Notes: generated from the letters alone by a model not told the origin. Positions 34,271 through 44,614 are shown, counted from the first letter of the stretch. The stretch is 64,000 nt of DNA from Alphaproteobacteria bacterium (GCA_965205265.1 CBDBGH010000003.1:5376001-5440000), one strand, 5' to 3'. Numbers and translations: made by a program.

Positions 34271-35044
34271 ATGCTTGAGGCGCTGGACGGCGTCTCGGCG
34301 GCCGGGCTGGCGGTGGCCGGGGCGGCGGCGGTCGCAGGCGGCCTGGTCCGGGGCTTCACCGGCTTCGGCGGGGCGCTGGTGATGGTGCCCGTGCTGAGCC
34401 TGGTTCTGGGCCCGGGTGCGGCGCTGGCGGCGGTCTGCGCATCGGGCGTGCCCGTCATCCTGCAATTGCTGCCGGCGGCGATCCGCCACGGCGAGCGCGC
34501 CTTCGTGCTGCCCTTCGCCGCTGCCGCCTTTGCGGCCGCGCCGGCGGGAAGCTGGGTGCTGGTCGCGGTCCCGCCCGCCGCCATGAAGATCGCCATATCG
34601 CTCGCCGTGCTGGCGATGACGGCGATGATGGCCTGGGGCTGGCGCTTCCCCGCCCGCGCCGGCGCCGGCGTCATGGCCGCGCTCGGCGCGGCGGCCGGTC
34701 TGGTGCAGGGTGCCACGGGCGTCGGCGGGCCGCCGGCCGTCGCCGCCGCGCTCGCCCGGCACGGCCAGCCGGAAACGCAGCGCGGCAATGTCATCGGCGC
34801 GGTCTCCGCGCTCGGCCTCTGCGCGGCGGTTCCCTACTGGTTCCACGGCCTGTTCACGCTCGAAGCGCTGGCCGTCGCCGCCGTAATCCTGCCGGCCTAT
34901 ATCGGCTCGACTTGGGCCGGCATCCGCCTCTTCGCCGGGCGCGGCAAGGCTTGGTACCGGCGCGCGGCGCTCGCCGTGCTGGCCGCCGTCGGCCTTGCCA
35001 CGCTCGCTTTCGCACTGCATGACTACGCCTCGCCACCGAGGTAG
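34271..35044 (+). CDS. Sulfite exporter TauE/SafE family protein
   Basis: GLVRGFTGFGGAL, GATGVGGPP, multiple TM segments. Confidence 0.9.
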   Translation: MLEALDGVSAAGLAVAGAAAVAGGLVRGFTGFGGALVMVPVLSLVLGPGAALAAVCASGVPVILQLLPAAIRHGERAFVLPFAAAAFAAAPAGSWVLVAVPPAAMKIAISLAVLAMTAMMAWGWRFPARAGAGVMAALGAAAGLVQGATGVGGPPAVAAALARHGQPETQRGNVIGAVSALGLCAAVPYWFHGLFTLEALAVAAVILPAYIGSTWAGIRLFAGRGKAWYRRAALAVLAAVGLATLAFALHDYASPPR

Positions 35045-35057
35045 GGAGGGTTCCGCC

Positions 35058-35405
35058 TTGACCGTCACGATCTGGCACAATCCGCGCTGCAGCAAGTCGC
35101 GGCAGACATTGACCCTGTTGCGCGAGCACGGCGTCGAACCGGAGATCGTCGAATATCTCAAGACGCCGCCGGCCGCCGGCGAACTCGAAGCGGTGCTGGA
35201 CAAGCTCGGCATGGAGCCGCGCGACCTCATGCGCCGCAAGGAGGCCGCATACCGGGAAGCCGGCCTCGACGATCCGGCGCTCGGGCGCCGCGCGCTCGTG
35301 GAGGCGATGAGCGCGCATCCGGTGCTGATCGAACGCCCGGTGGTGCTGGCCAAGGGGAAAGCCGCGCTCGGCCGCCCGCCGGAGAACGTGCTGGCGATCC
35401 TGTAG
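35058..35405 (+). CDS. arsC: Arsenate reductase (glutaredoxin-type ArsC family)
   Basis: HNPRCSKSR, LIERPVV, GRPPE. TTG start after GGAGG. Confidence 0.92.
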   Translation: MTVTIWHNPRCSKSRQTLTLLREHGVEPEIVEYLKTPPAAGELEAVLDKLGMEPRDLMRRKEAAYREAGLDDPALGRRALVEAMSAHPVLIERPVVLAKGKAALGRPPENVLAIL

Positions 35406-35408
35406 CGC

Positions 35409-37211
35409 TCAGGTCTCGTTCATCCGGAGCGCGGCGATGAAGGCGCTTTGCGGGATGTCCACCTTGCCGAAGGTGCGCATCCGCTTCTTGCCCTCCTTCT
35501 GGCGGTCCAGCAGCTTGCGCTTGCGCGTCACGTCGCCGCCATAGCATTTGGCGGTCACGTCCTTGCGCATGGCCGAGATGGTCTCGCGCGCGACGATCCG
35601 GCCCCCGACTGCAGCCTGGATCGGGATCTTGAAAAGCTGGCGCGGGATCAGCTCCTTCAGCCGTTCGCAAAGCTGGCGGCCCCGGCCTTCCGCGCGCATC
35701 CGGTGGGTGATGCAGGCCAGCGCATCGACCGGCTCGTGGTTCACCAGCAGCGAGAGCTTCACCAGGTCGCCCTCGCGGTAGTCCTCGATCCGGTAGTCGA
35801 AACTCGCATAGCCGCGGCTCAGCGACTTCAGCCGGTCGTAGAAGTCGAACACCACCTCGTTCAGCGGCAGCTCATAGACGACCATGGCGCGGTTGCCGAC
35901 ATAGGTGAGCTCGCGCTGGATGCCGCGCCGCTCCTCGCAGAGCTTGAGGATGCCGCCCAGATACTCGTCCGGCGTGAAGATCGTCGCGGCGATCCAGGGC
36001 TCCTCGATATGCGAAATCTGCGCCGGGTCCGGCATGTCGGCCGGGTTGTGCAGCAGGTCCGTGCCGCCGTCCGTGCGGTGGACCCGATAGACGACGCTCG
36101 GCGCGGTCGCGATCAGGTCGAGGCCGAATTCGCGGTCGAGCCGCTCCTGCACGATCTCCAGATGCAGCAGGCCGAGAAAGCCGCAGCGGAAGCCGAAGCC
36201 GAGCGCCGGCGAGTTCTCCGGCTCGTATTCGAAGCCGGCGTCGTTCAGGCGCAGCTTGGCGAGGCTCTCCCGCAGGAATTCGAAGTCCGCCGAATCGGTC
36301 GGGAAGAGCCCGCAGAACACCACCGGCAGGCTCGGCTGGAAGCCCGGCAGCGGCTCGGGCGCGGGCCTGCGGTCGTCGGTGACCGTGTCGCCCACCTGGC
36401 AGTCCGCCACCGTCTTGATCGCCGCGCTCACATAGCCGATCTCGCCGGGCCCCAGCCGGTCCGCCTTTTGCCGCTTCGGCGTGAAGACGCCCACCTCGTC
36501 GATATCGTAGGCCGCGCCGGTCGCCATCAGCCGCATCTTCACGCCGCGCCTGAGTTCGCCCTCGCGGACGCGGACCAGCGCGATCACGCCGAGATAGCGG
36601 TCGTACCAACTGTCCACCACCATGGCGCGCAGATGCCCGTCGCCGGCGACCTCTGCGGCCGGCGGCGGCAGGCGGCCCGCGAGCGCCTCCAGCAGATCGG
36701 GAATGCCCTCGCCCGTCTTGGCCGAGCACAGCACGGCGTCGCTCGCGTCGATGCCGACCACGTCCTCGATCTGGCTGCGGACGCGCTCCGGGTCGGCAGC
36801 CGGCAGATCGACCTTGTTGAGCGCGACGACGATCTCATGGTCGTTGTCCACCGCCTGATAGACATTGGCGAGCGTCTGCGCCTCGACCCCCTGGGTCGCG
36901 TCCACCACCAGCAGCGAGCCCTCGCAGGCGGCGAGCGAGCGGTTCACCTCATAGGCGAAATCGACATGGCCCGGCGTGTCGATCAGGTTGAGCGAGAAGG
37001 CCCGGCCGTCCGCCGCCTCGTAGTCGAGGCGCACGGTCTGCGCCTTGATCGTGATGCCGCGCTCGCGCTCCAGGTCCATATTGTCGAGCACCTGGTCGCG
37101 CATCTCGCGCTCGGTCAGCCCGCCGCAAATCTGGATCAGCCGGTCCGCCAGGGTCGATTTGCCGTGGTCGATATGGGCGATGATGGCGAAATTGCGGATG
37201 TGCTCGGTCAT
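35409..37211 (-). CDS. lepA: Elongation factor 4 (LepA)
   Basis: [55 protein letters not shown]. Confidence 0.99.
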   Translation of the reverse strand: MTEHIRNFAIIAHIDHGKSTLADRLIQICGGLTEREMRDQVLDNMDLERERGITIKAQTVRLDYEAADGRAFSLNLIDTPGHVDFAYEVNRSLAACEGSLLVVDATQGVEAQTLANVYQAVDNDHEIVVALNKVDLPAADPERVRSQIEDVVGIDASDAVLCSAKTGEGIPDLLEALAGRLPPPAAEVAGDGHLRAMVVDSWYDRYLGVIALVRVREGELRRGVKMRLMATGAAYDIDEVGVFTPKRQKADRLGPGEIGYVSAAIKTVADCQVGDTVTDDRRPAPEPLPGFQPSLPVVFCGLFPTDSADFEFLRESLAKLRLNDAGFEYEPENSPALGFGFRCGFLGLLHLEIVQERLDREFGLDLIATAPSVVYRVHRTDGGTDLLHNPADMPDPAQISHIEEPWIAATIFTPDEYLGGILKLCEERRGIQRELTYVGNRAMVVYELPLNEVVFDFYDRLKSLSRGYASFDYRIEDYREGDLVKLSLLVNHEPVDALACITHRMRAEGRGRQLCERLKELIPRQLFKIPIQAAVGGRIVARETISAMRKDVTAKCYGGDVTRKRKLLDRQKEGKKRMRTFGKVDIPQSAFIAALRMNET

Positions 37212-37387
37212 GGCGGCGCGGTATAGCAACGGTCTCCGCAGGCAACAAGCAGCCGGCCCGGGCGAACGGCAGCGGGGAGACTGCCCGGCGCGTCATGATG
37301 TGTCATGTTTGGGGCTTATATGGATAGGTTGACAACAGGTTTGGGAGGCTTCGCACCTTCTCTCCGGCGTCCAACCCGCCCCCATAT

Positions 37388-37475
37388 CGTCATACCCGGA
37401 CTTGTTCCGGGTATCCATGCGGCCGTCCGGCGGCAGCGGTGGAGAGAGATACCCGGAACAAGTCCGAGTATGACG
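37388..37475. repeat. Palindromic REP/MITE-like repeat, family A
   Basis: CGTCATACCCGGACTTGTTCCGGGTATC...GATACCCGGAACAAGTCCGAGTATGACG, with relatives at 46774-47178. Confidence 0.85.
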
Positions 37476-38215
37476 GAGGGGGCGTTGAGGTATGACGGAA
37501 GAAATGTCGTCGGTCTCCCCCGTCAACCTATCTTTGTAATCTCCTCATGTTTTGTATGCGCAAGACGCATAAGTAGCTGCCCGTTTGGGCATGAAGGCCG
37601 TCCTTCCACGAATTCCGCCTCCTTCGCCTGGCTCAGGGCGGGCCTGTCCCGGACCGCGATCCGGGGGCCGGGGCGGGTCGTCTCTCGACCCGCCGCCGGC
37701 TCCTTCGCGCCGTGGGACCCTGCTTCGCGCATAATGCGCGCGCGCCCGCCCGCGCGCGTTTCGCGGCGGCGCGCGCGAGGCGCAGGGTGCGTTGCTCCCG
37801 GCCGCTTCCTGCGGATATGTCATGAAATGTCATGTTCCCCATGTCTTCCGTGAATCCCTGCCGTTCCGTTCCTGCATATCGGTCCTCCGTCGGTTTCGTT
37901 CCCGTCCCTTTGCCACCGCCGTTTTACCCGGCGACCCCGGGGCGGCGGGGGCCTGTTTTGCGCGCGCGCCCGCCTGCGCATGTTTCGCGGCGGCGCGCCC
38001 GCGCGCGCGAGGCGGAAGGTGCACGTCTTCCATGCGTTCCCGCCGGGGTTCCCGGCCCCGGCCGCTCTCCTGCGCAGAAAGCGAAAGGCGGCCCCGGGAG
38101 CCGCCTTCTCTCTACCGCCACCCTACCACACCTTTTTCCGATGTCAAGCCCCGGGGTGGGTAGAATATGAAATTGTTCCGATATTTCTCTGGGAACCGCG
38201 CCGGAAAACCGGGGT

Positions 38216-38710
38216 TCAGGCGTCCGCGTCGTTGTCCCGCAAGGCGACGAAGACCAGGACCAGGAAGGTCAGCAGCGCGAGGTTGAAGGCGGTGGGCTTG
38301 GCGTTCCACTCGGAGGACTGCCACATCAGGAACCACTCGTTCGCGACCACGAGGAAGAGGCCGAACCAGATGAAGGCCCCGAGGCCGAGCCCCGCCAGCG
38401 CCGGGGCCTTGGCGGCGTGGAACAGGTGCGGCTCCCGCAGCCGCGACAGCAGGCGCACGCCGCCGATCCAGCAGAGCAGCGCGGCCGCCGCCTGCAACGC
38501 GATGATCGCCACATAGGCGGCGTGATGGAGCGCCGGCGCGTGGACCGCCCGCCACATCGACGCCTCGCTGCGGAAGGTGGTGTCCATCGTCATCACATGG
38601 GTGACGAAGCCCAGATTCGCGCCGTAGTCCGTCACATTGCCGAAGGCGACGAGCGAGAGATAGGCGGCCATGAGCAGCACAGCCCCGGCCTTGGCGGCTC
38701 TGGTGAACAT
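38216..38710 (-). CDS. DUF2165-family membrane protein
   Basis: FGNVTDYGANLGFVTHVMTMDTTF, EWFLMWQS..WN. Confidence 0.9.
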   Translation of the reverse strand: MFTRAAKAGAVLLMAAYLSLVAFGNVTDYGANLGFVTHVMTMDTTFRSEASMWRAVHAPALHHAAYVAIIALQAAAALLCWIGGVRLLSRLREPHLFHAAKAPALAGLGLGAFIWFGLFLVVANEWFLMWQSSEWNAKPTAFNLALLTFLVLVFVALRDNDADA

Positions 38711-38785
38711 TATGCTTTCACCCTTCTCTCCCGGAGGGAAGCGCTCCGCCGCCCCGGGCGTAACCGGCAGGCAGCGGTGCTGCGG

Positions 38786-39187
38786 TCAGGCGGCCGGGCG
38801 CCGGCCGGCGATCGCCTCGCGCAGGCCGTCGAGAAGCCCCTCCAGCCTCGCCTGCCCGTGTTCGACCGCCCGCAGCCTCTGGTCGAGCCCGTCGATGCGC
38901 GCGCCGAGGCTCCTGTCCAGGTCGTCGATGCGCCTGTTGATCTCGTCGATGCGCGCGCCGAGGCTCTTGTTGGTCTCGTCGATGCGTGCGTTGAGGGATT
39001 TGTCGAGCCCGTCGATGCGCGCGCCGAGGCTCTTGTTGGTCTCGTCGATACGTGCGTTGAGGGATTTGTCGAGCCCGTCGATGCGCGCGCCGAGGCGGTC
39101 CTCGAGCCGGGACATGGCGCGCAGCAGCAGAGCCGTCACGGCGATGAGGATGGCGGGCGTGATCCACACGGCGAACTCTGTCGGCAT
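38786..39187 (-). CDS. Small membrane-anchored coiled-coil protein with 11-aa repeats
   Basis: MPTEFAVWITPAILIAVTALLL (TM) followed by (LGARIDGLDKS/LNARIDETNKS)n, encoded by a 66-bp tandem repeat. Confidence 0.75.
   Translation of the reverse strand: MPTEFAVWITPAILIAVTALLLRAMSRLEDRLGARIDGLDKSLNARIDETNKSLGARIDGLDKSLNARIDETNKSLGARIDEINRRIDDLDRSLGARIDGLDQRLRAVEHGQARLEGLLDGLREAIAGRRPAA
38945..39096. repeat. 66-bp tandem repeat (~2.3 copies, 33-bp subunits)
   Basis: Units start at 38945, 39011 and 39077 (GTCGATGCGCGCGCCGAGGC...). Confidence 0.9.
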
Positions 39188-39252
39188 CGGCGATTCCCTT
39201 CCGGGCCAGTATGCGCCGGCAAGGTCCCGCCCGGCAAGCGGGCGCGGGGCGG

Positions 39253-40725
39253 CTATCCGTCTCCACCGCCATCCGGCGCTGCGAGCAGGCGGCGGAGGAT
39301 CTTGCCGACGGGCGATTTCGGGATTTCGTCGATGAACAGATAGCGGCGCGGGCGCTTGAAGTCTGCGAGCGCGCTGGCGCGGCAGTGCGCGTCGAGCGCC
39401 TCGGCCGTCGCCTCGCCGGAGGCCACGACGAAGGCGGCGACGACTTGGCCCCAGCGCTCGTCCGGAAGGCCGACGACGGCGACTTCCGCCACGGCCGGGT
39501 GCAGGGAGAGCACGCTTTCGATCTCCACCGGCGAGACATTCTCGCCGCCGGTGACGATCATGTCGTCCACGCGGCCGGTGACGAACAGGTCGCCGTCCTC
39601 GTCCAGCCAGCCGGTGTCGCCTGTGTAGTACCAGCCGTCCCGCAGCGCGCGGGCGTCGGCGTCCGGGCGGCGCCAGTAGCCTTCGAAGGCCTCGTCGCTG
39701 GCGAGCGTTGCGGCGATCTCCCCCTCCTCTCCCGGCACGGCATCGCGCGTCCCGTCGAGGCTCAGCACGCGGATGCGCTGGTTGAGGCCCGCTTTGCCGG
39801 CGGAGCCCGGCTTGGCCGGCGCGTCCGGGCAGACGGTGAAGGTGTAGATCTCCGAGGAGCCGTAATGGTTGACGAACAGCTCCGGCCGGAAGGCGGCGTT
39901 CAGCCGTTGCAGGAGGCCGTCGGTCATCGACGCGCCGGCAAAGCCGAGCTTGCGGACCGAGCGCACCCGCCCGCGCGAGAAAGCCGGATGCGCCAGAAGG
40001 TCGTGATAAAGCGTCGGCGCGAGGTAGAGCGCGGTCACGCCCTCGGCCTCGATCAGGTCGAGCGCGATGCCGGGATCGAAGCGCGGCTGGCAGACGAACA
40101 CGCCGTCCACCAGCGCTGACGCCAGCAGCGAGCGCACGCCCATGGTGTGGTAGAGCGGCATGACGCCGAGCGCGACCTCGCCCGGCGCATAGCGGTTCTG
40201 CGCGATATGGGCGATGGCGGCGGCCCGCTCCGCGCGGTGGCGGCGCGGCACGCCCTTCGGCCGGCCGGTCGTGCCGGAGGTGTAGAGCATGACCGACCAG
40301 TCCTCCGCCGAGGCGGCCGGGACGGCAGGCGGGCCCTGTAGCAGGGCCTCCAGCGCCGGGCCCGCCCCGATGCGGCGGATGGCCTGCGCGCGGGGCGAGG
40401 CGGCGACGGCCGCGGCGGCTTCCGGGCCGAAGACCACCGTGTCGGCCTCGGCGTCGGCGAGGCAGTAGTCGATCTCCCCGGCCTTGAGCCGCCAGTTGAG
40501 CGGCACGATGAGCTTGCCCGAAAGCTGGCAGGCCCAGTGGAGGGTCGCCGCGTCGAGCGTGTTCCGGAGCACGGTCGCGATCCGCTCGCCTTCCAGCCCG
40601 CCCGCGAGCCGGAGCGCCCGGTCGAGCCACGCGGCATAGGTCAGGCGCTCCTCGCCCGCCACGACGGCGAGCCGGTCCGGGGCGCGTTCGGCGGCTTGCA
40701 GGAGGGCCGTGCCGACATCAAGCAT
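39253..40725 (-). CDS. hmfD: Acyl-CoA ligase, HmfD (2-furoyl-CoA synthetase)-like
   Basis: YTSGTTGRPKG, PRRHRAERAAAIAH.AQN, HYGSSE, TGD. It sits after the L-M-S subunits as in hmfABCD. The family call is firm; the hmf assignment is from recalled similarity. Confidence 0.7.
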   Translation of the reverse strand: MLDVGTALLQAAERAPDRLAVVAGEERLTYAAWLDRALRLAGGLEGERIATVLRNTLDAATLHWACQLSGKLIVPLNWRLKAGEIDYCLADAEADTVVFGPEAAAAVAASPRAQAIRRIGAGPALEALLQGPPAVPAASAEDWSVMLYTSGTTGRPKGVPRRHRAERAAAIAHIAQNRYAPGEVALGVMPLYHTMGVRSLLASALVDGVFVCQPRFDPGIALDLIEAEGVTALYLAPTLYHDLLAHPAFSRGRVRSVRKLGFAGASMTDGLLQRLNAAFRPELFVNHYGSSEIYTFTVCPDAPAKPGSAGKAGLNQRIRVLSLDGTRDAVPGEEGEIAATLASDEAFEGYWRRPDADARALRDGWYYTGDTGWLDEDGDLFVTGRVDDMIVTGGENVSPVEIESVLSLHPAVAEVAVVGLPDERWGQVVAAFVVASGEATAEALDAHCRASALADFKRPRRYLFIDEIPKSPVGKILRRLLAAPDGGGDG

Positions 40726-41158
40726 CGGCGGCGTCCAGTGCGGCGGCGACGATGGGGGTGTAGCCGGTGCAGCGGCACAAATGGCCGCTCAGCACTTCCC
40801 GCACCTCGCGCTCCGTCGGATTGGGCCTCTCGCGGAGGAAGGCGCTCAGGCTCATCAGGATACCGGCCGTGCAGAAGCCGCATTGCAGGGCGAAATGGCG
40901 GCGGAAGGCGGCGTGCAGCACCCCTTCCTCCAGCCCCTCCACGGTCACGACCTCCGCGCCCTCGCACTGGACGGCGAACGCGAGGCAGGAGCGCGCCGGC
41001 CGGCCGTCGATCAGCACGGTGCAGGCCCCGCAGACGCCGTGCTCGCAGCCGACATGCGTGCCCGTCAGACCGAGCGTGTGGCGCAGGAAGTCGGAGAGCA
41101 GCAGGCGCGGCTCCGCCGCCGCCTCCACCGCCTCGCCGTTCACGGTCATGCGCGGCAT
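40718..41158 (-). CDS. hmfC: Mo-hydroxylase small [2Fe-2S] subunit (CoxS/HmfC-like)
   Basis: GCEHGVCGAC...SC, QCGFC, LCRCTGY. Confidence 0.7.
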   Translation of the reverse strand: MPRMTVNGEAVEAAAEPRLLLSDFLRHTLGLTGTHVGCEHGVCGACTVLIDGRPARSCLAFAVQCEGAEVVTVEGLEEGVLHAAFRRHFALQCGFCTAGILMSLSAFLRERPNPTEREVREVLSGHLCRCTGYTPIVAAALDAADA

Positions 41159-41901
41159 GCGAGCGCCTCCTCCGCCGTCGCCCGGCCGACGCGGGCCACC
41201 AGCCGGCGGCGGTAGGCGGCATTGGCGTGGAAGTCGTCGCGGGCGTCGATCATGTCCGCGTCGATGGCGAGGCCGTCCAGCACGACCGGCGTGTCCGCGA
41301 CGCCGCCGACCGCGAGCCGGACGCCGTCGCTGTCGGCCACGGCTGCGAAGGCCGCAAGCGCGAAATCGCCGTGCCGGAGCGCCACCTCGCGGAAGGCGTA
41401 GCCGGCGCGCGGGTCGGGCGGAGGCACCTCCACCGCCACGATCAGTTCGTCCTCCTCGCGCGCGGTCATCAGCGGCCCCTCGAAGAAAGCCGCCGCCTCG
41501 ACCGTGCGCTCGCCGCCCGCCGAGGCGAGATGAACCCGCCCGCCGAGCGCCACCAGGCAGAGCGGCAGTTCCGCCGCCGGGTCGGCGTGCGCGACCGAGC
41601 CGCAGAAAGTGCCGCGCGAGCGCGTCTGGTAGTGGCCGACATGCGGCAGGGCGCGGTCGATCAGCGGGTGCAGGCCGGCGAGCTCCGCCTGGCGGACGGC
41701 CGCGCCCACCCGGAGCCCGCGCCCGCGAAGCTCGGGAAGGTGCGCGATGTCCACCAGCAGGTCCGGCCGCGCGAGGCGCATGTTCAGCATGGCGACCAGC
41801 GACTGGCCGCCTGCAAGCGCCATCGCGCCGTCCGAGGCCAGCGCCTCCAGCGCCTCGCCGAGGCTTGCGGGGCGCAGATAGTCGAAGGGCGCGGGCTTCA
41901 C
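41146..41901 (-). CDS. hmfB: Mo-hydroxylase FAD subunit (CoxM/HmfB-like)
   Basis: MKPAPFDY.RP, LAGGQSL, RSRGTFCGSVAHADP.AE. Confidence 0.7.
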   Translation of the reverse strand: MKPAPFDYLRPASLGEALEALASDGAMALAGGQSLVAMLNMRLARPDLLVDIAHLPELRGRGLRVGAAVRQAELAGLHPLIDRALPHVGHYQTRSRGTFCGSVAHADPAAELPLCLVALGGRVHLASAGGERTVEAAAFFEGPLMTAREEDELIVAVEVPPPDPRAGYAFREVALRHGDFALAAFAAVADSDGVRLAVGGVADTPVVLDGLAIDADMIDARDDFHANAAYRRRLVARVGRATAEEALACRA

Positions 41902-44231
41902 GGGATGAGCGCCGCGACCCGCGCCGGCGTCAGCGGCAGTTCCAGGTCTTCGACGCCAAGCGCGTCCGCCACCGCATTGGCGATGCAGGCCGGCGCGCTC
42001 ATGGTGTTGCCTTCGCCGATGCCCTTGGCGCCGAGGGGGGTGAAGGGCGAGGGGCTTTCGAGATGCAGGATCTCCGGGTCCGGCATTTCGCAGGCGGTCG
42101 GCGGCGGGTAGTCGGCGAAGGTGCCGGCGAGCGGCTGGCCCGCCTCGTCATAGACGAAGGCTTCGAAGAGCGCCGCGCCGACGGCATTGGAGAGGCTGCC
42201 GCGCACCTGCCCGTCCGCCATCGGGCGGTGGAGCAGGCGCCCGGCATCGTGCGCGGTCACGTAGCGGTCTATGCGGACCCGCCCGGTATCGCGGTCCACC
42301 TCCACGCCGCAGGCGTCGAAGATGAAGCCGTAGGCGGCGGAGCCGTTGATACGGTCCTCCGCGTCGGGCGGCCCCAGCTCCGGCGGGGTCCAGAACTCGG
42401 TTGCCCTGAGCGCCGGCTCCACCCCCTGCGGCAGGGTGCCGGGCGACCAGTGGGCGAGGCCGGCAAGGCGCGCGAACGGCACCTCCCTGCCGGGTCCGGC
42501 CCCGACCGTGCCGCCCTCGAAGCGGATGTCCTCCGGCGGCAGGTCGAGCCTGGCGGCGGCGAGCCGGGCGAGCCGCTGGCGCAGGGTCGAGGCCGCCCGC
42601 CACGCCGTGCCGGCGACGGCGGGCGCGAAACGGCAGGAATAGTTGCCGGCGGCGATCGACCAGGCGTCCCGGGCGCTGTCGAACTCCGCCACGACCCGGA
42701 TGTCGGCGGGCGCAAGGCCGAACGCGCCGGCCACAACCTCCGCCAGCACGGTACGGTGGCCCTGGCCCTGGGGGATGGAATCGGCGGTGACGGTGACGCC
42801 GCCATGCGGATCGATGGCGACGGTGGCGGCGGCGAGCGCGCCGTTCTTGAGCCCGCCTGCGAGGCGGTCGTCATGCTCCAGCACCGTGGTGATGTAGCCC
42901 ATATTGGAGACGGTCGGCTCCACCGCGGCCGCCAGCCCGACGCCGTATAGCCGCCCCTCGGCGCGGGCCGCTCTGCGCCGCGCCCGGAGTTCGTCGATGG
43001 CCGGGCGGGCGAGGTCCACGACCGCGTCGAAATCGCCGGAATCGTAGAGCGCGCCCGAAGCCGTGCGGTGGGGCGTCTCGCGCACGAGGTTGCGTTGCAG
43101 CACCTCCAGCCGGTCGAGGCCGAGGCGGTCCGCGATGCGGTGCATCAGCCGCTCCAGCGCGAAATAGACCTGCGGGCCGCCGAAGCCGCGATTGAGGCCG
43201 CTCGGCGTCTTGTTGGTGACGGCGATGCTGTTCTCGACTTCGAGGTTGGGGATGTCGTAGGCCCCGGTCATCGCGCCGTGCATCCGGTAGAGCGTCGCCG
43301 GCTCGGGCGCCTTGATATAGGCCCCGCAGTCCTCCAGCTGCGTGTAGCGGAGCGCCGTCACCCGGCCGTCGGCCATGACGGCGGCCTCCAGGCGCGTTTC
43401 GCGGTTGGTGGCGGAGCCGGCGGCGGTCAGGTGCTCCAGCCGGTCCTCGATCCATTTCACCGGCCGGCCGGCAAGCCGGGCGACGGCCGCCATCAGCACG
43501 ATATAGGGTGCGAGGCCCTGCTTGATGCCGAAGCTGCCGCCGGAATCGGGCGGGGTGCGCAGGCGCAGCCGGTTGGCCGGCACGCCGAGCGCCGCCGCCA
43601 TCACCGGATGCAGCGCGAACGGCCCCTGGAAGGGCGCCGTCACCTCGAAGGCGCCGGCGTCGGGGTCCCAGGTGGCGATCAGGCCGAAACACTCGATGGG
43701 CGTCACCGCGCTGCGCGGATAGCTGACCTCGATGGCGAAGCGGCGGTCGGCGGCGGCGAAGGCGCCTTCCGGGTCGCCGTAGGAAAACCGCCGCCGGTTC
43801 GCGAGATTGGTGCCGGCGGCCTCGTGCAGCAGCGGCGCGCCTTCCGCAATGGCCGCCCAGGGCGAGACAACGGCCGGCAGGGGTTCGTATTCGACCTCCA
43901 CCAGCTCCAGCGCGTCTTCGGCCCGGTAGCGATCCTCCGCCAGCACGACTGCGACCGGCTCGCCGACATAGCGCACCTTCCCGGTCGCGACCGGGAAGTG
44001 GCGCATGGGCGTGCGAAGCGCTGCGATGAAGGGCCTGAGGCCGGCGGCGATGTCCGGTCCCGTGAACAGGCGCACGCCCTCCGGCGCGGTTATGGGGCCC
44101 AAGCGGGCATGGGCGTGGGGCGAGCGCAGGATCGCGGCATGGAGCGTGCGCGGCGGCTGGGGCAGGTCGTCGATAAACCGCCCCCTGCCGCTGAGCAGCG
44201 CCCGATCCTCCACCCGTTCGCCGCCCGTCAC
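41898..44231 (-). CDS. hmfA: Mo-hydroxylase large molybdopterin subunit (xanthine dehydrogenase family, HmfA-like)
   Basis: LRSPHAHA, GGSFGIK, NRGFGGPQ, QGQGH, GAKGIGEG. It lacks the CoxL AYxCSFR motif, so it is not form I CODH. Confidence 0.7.
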   Translation of the reverse strand: MTGGERVEDRALLSGRGRFIDDLPQPPRTLHAAILRSPHAHARLGPITAPEGVRLFTGPDIAAGLRPFIAALRTPMRHFPVATGKVRYVGEPVAVVLAEDRYRAEDALELVEVEYEPLPAVVSPWAAIAEGAPLLHEAAGTNLANRRRFSYGDPEGAFAAADRRFAIEVSYPRSAVTPIECFGLIATWDPDAGAFEVTAPFQGPFALHPVMAAALGVPANRLRLRTPPDSGGSFGIKQGLAPYIVLMAAVARLAGRPVKWIEDRLEHLTAAGSATNRETRLEAAVMADGRVTALRYTQLEDCGAYIKAPEPATLYRMHGAMTGAYDIPNLEVENSIAVTNKTPSGLNRGFGGPQVYFALERLMHRIADRLGLDRLEVLQRNLVRETPHRTASGALYDSGDFDAVVDLARPAIDELRARRRAARAEGRLYGVGLAAAVEPTVSNMGYITTVLEHDDRLAGGLKNGALAAATVAIDPHGGVTVTADSIPQGQGHRTVLAEVVAGAFGLAPADIRVVAEFDSARDAWSIAAGNYSCRFAPAVAGTAWRAASTLRQRLARLAAARLDLPPEDIRFEGGTVGAGPGREVPFARLAGLAHWSPGTLPQGVEPALRATEFWTPPELGPPDAEDRINGSAAYGFIFDACGVEVDRDTGRVRIDRYVTAHDAGRLLHRPMADGQVRGSLSNAVGAALFEAFVYDEAGQPLAGTFADYPPPTACEMPDPEILHLESPSPFTPLGAKGIGEGNTMSAPACIANAVADALGVEDLELPLTPARVAALIP

Positions 44232-44376
44232 CCTGCGTTCCGTCCCGTCATCGCCGTTCCTACTTAGCCCGGATTTCCCGGCGCTGTCATGGTCTGCGCA
44301 CCGCCATCCGCTCGTCTGGATAGGCTACGGCTTCACACATCTGCGTCCGATAGCATTGCGTTGCATGAGCCTCCTC

Positions 44377-44507
44377 CGTCACCCCGGCCCCCGAGCCGGG
44401 GTCCAGCCTCGCTTCTCGCGGCGGCCTCGGCGGCTTGTCCTGCTCTCCACCGGCTGCGGCGGCATCGAGAGCCATGGGTGGACCCCGGCTCGGGGGCCGG
44501 GGTGACG
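44377..44507. repeat. Palindromic MITE-like repeat, family B
   Basis: CGTCACCCCGGCCCCCGAGCCGGGGTCCA...TGGACCCCGGCTCGGGGGCCGGGGTGACG. The spacer is shared with 56160-56289 and 47196-47267. Confidence 0.85.
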
Positions 44508-44614
44508 AAAGGGGGGCCGGGGGGCGACCCCCGCCTTTGCGGAGGCACTCGCAACAAGGCTGGCAGGCGCACCGGATACAAGACGGCAAGAGATGTGTGC
44601 ATGCGGTAGCCCGC

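Noticed and set aside
38786-40630. 614-aa ORF overlapping the CoA ligase
   Set aside because: It is an alternative-frame read-through. Only the last 133 codons look coding.
41898-44231. Aerobic CO dehydrogenase (coxL)
   Set aside because: The active-site loop reads GLNRGFGG rather than AYxCSFR, and the order L-M-S with a CoA ligase fits an acyl-CoA hydroxylase.
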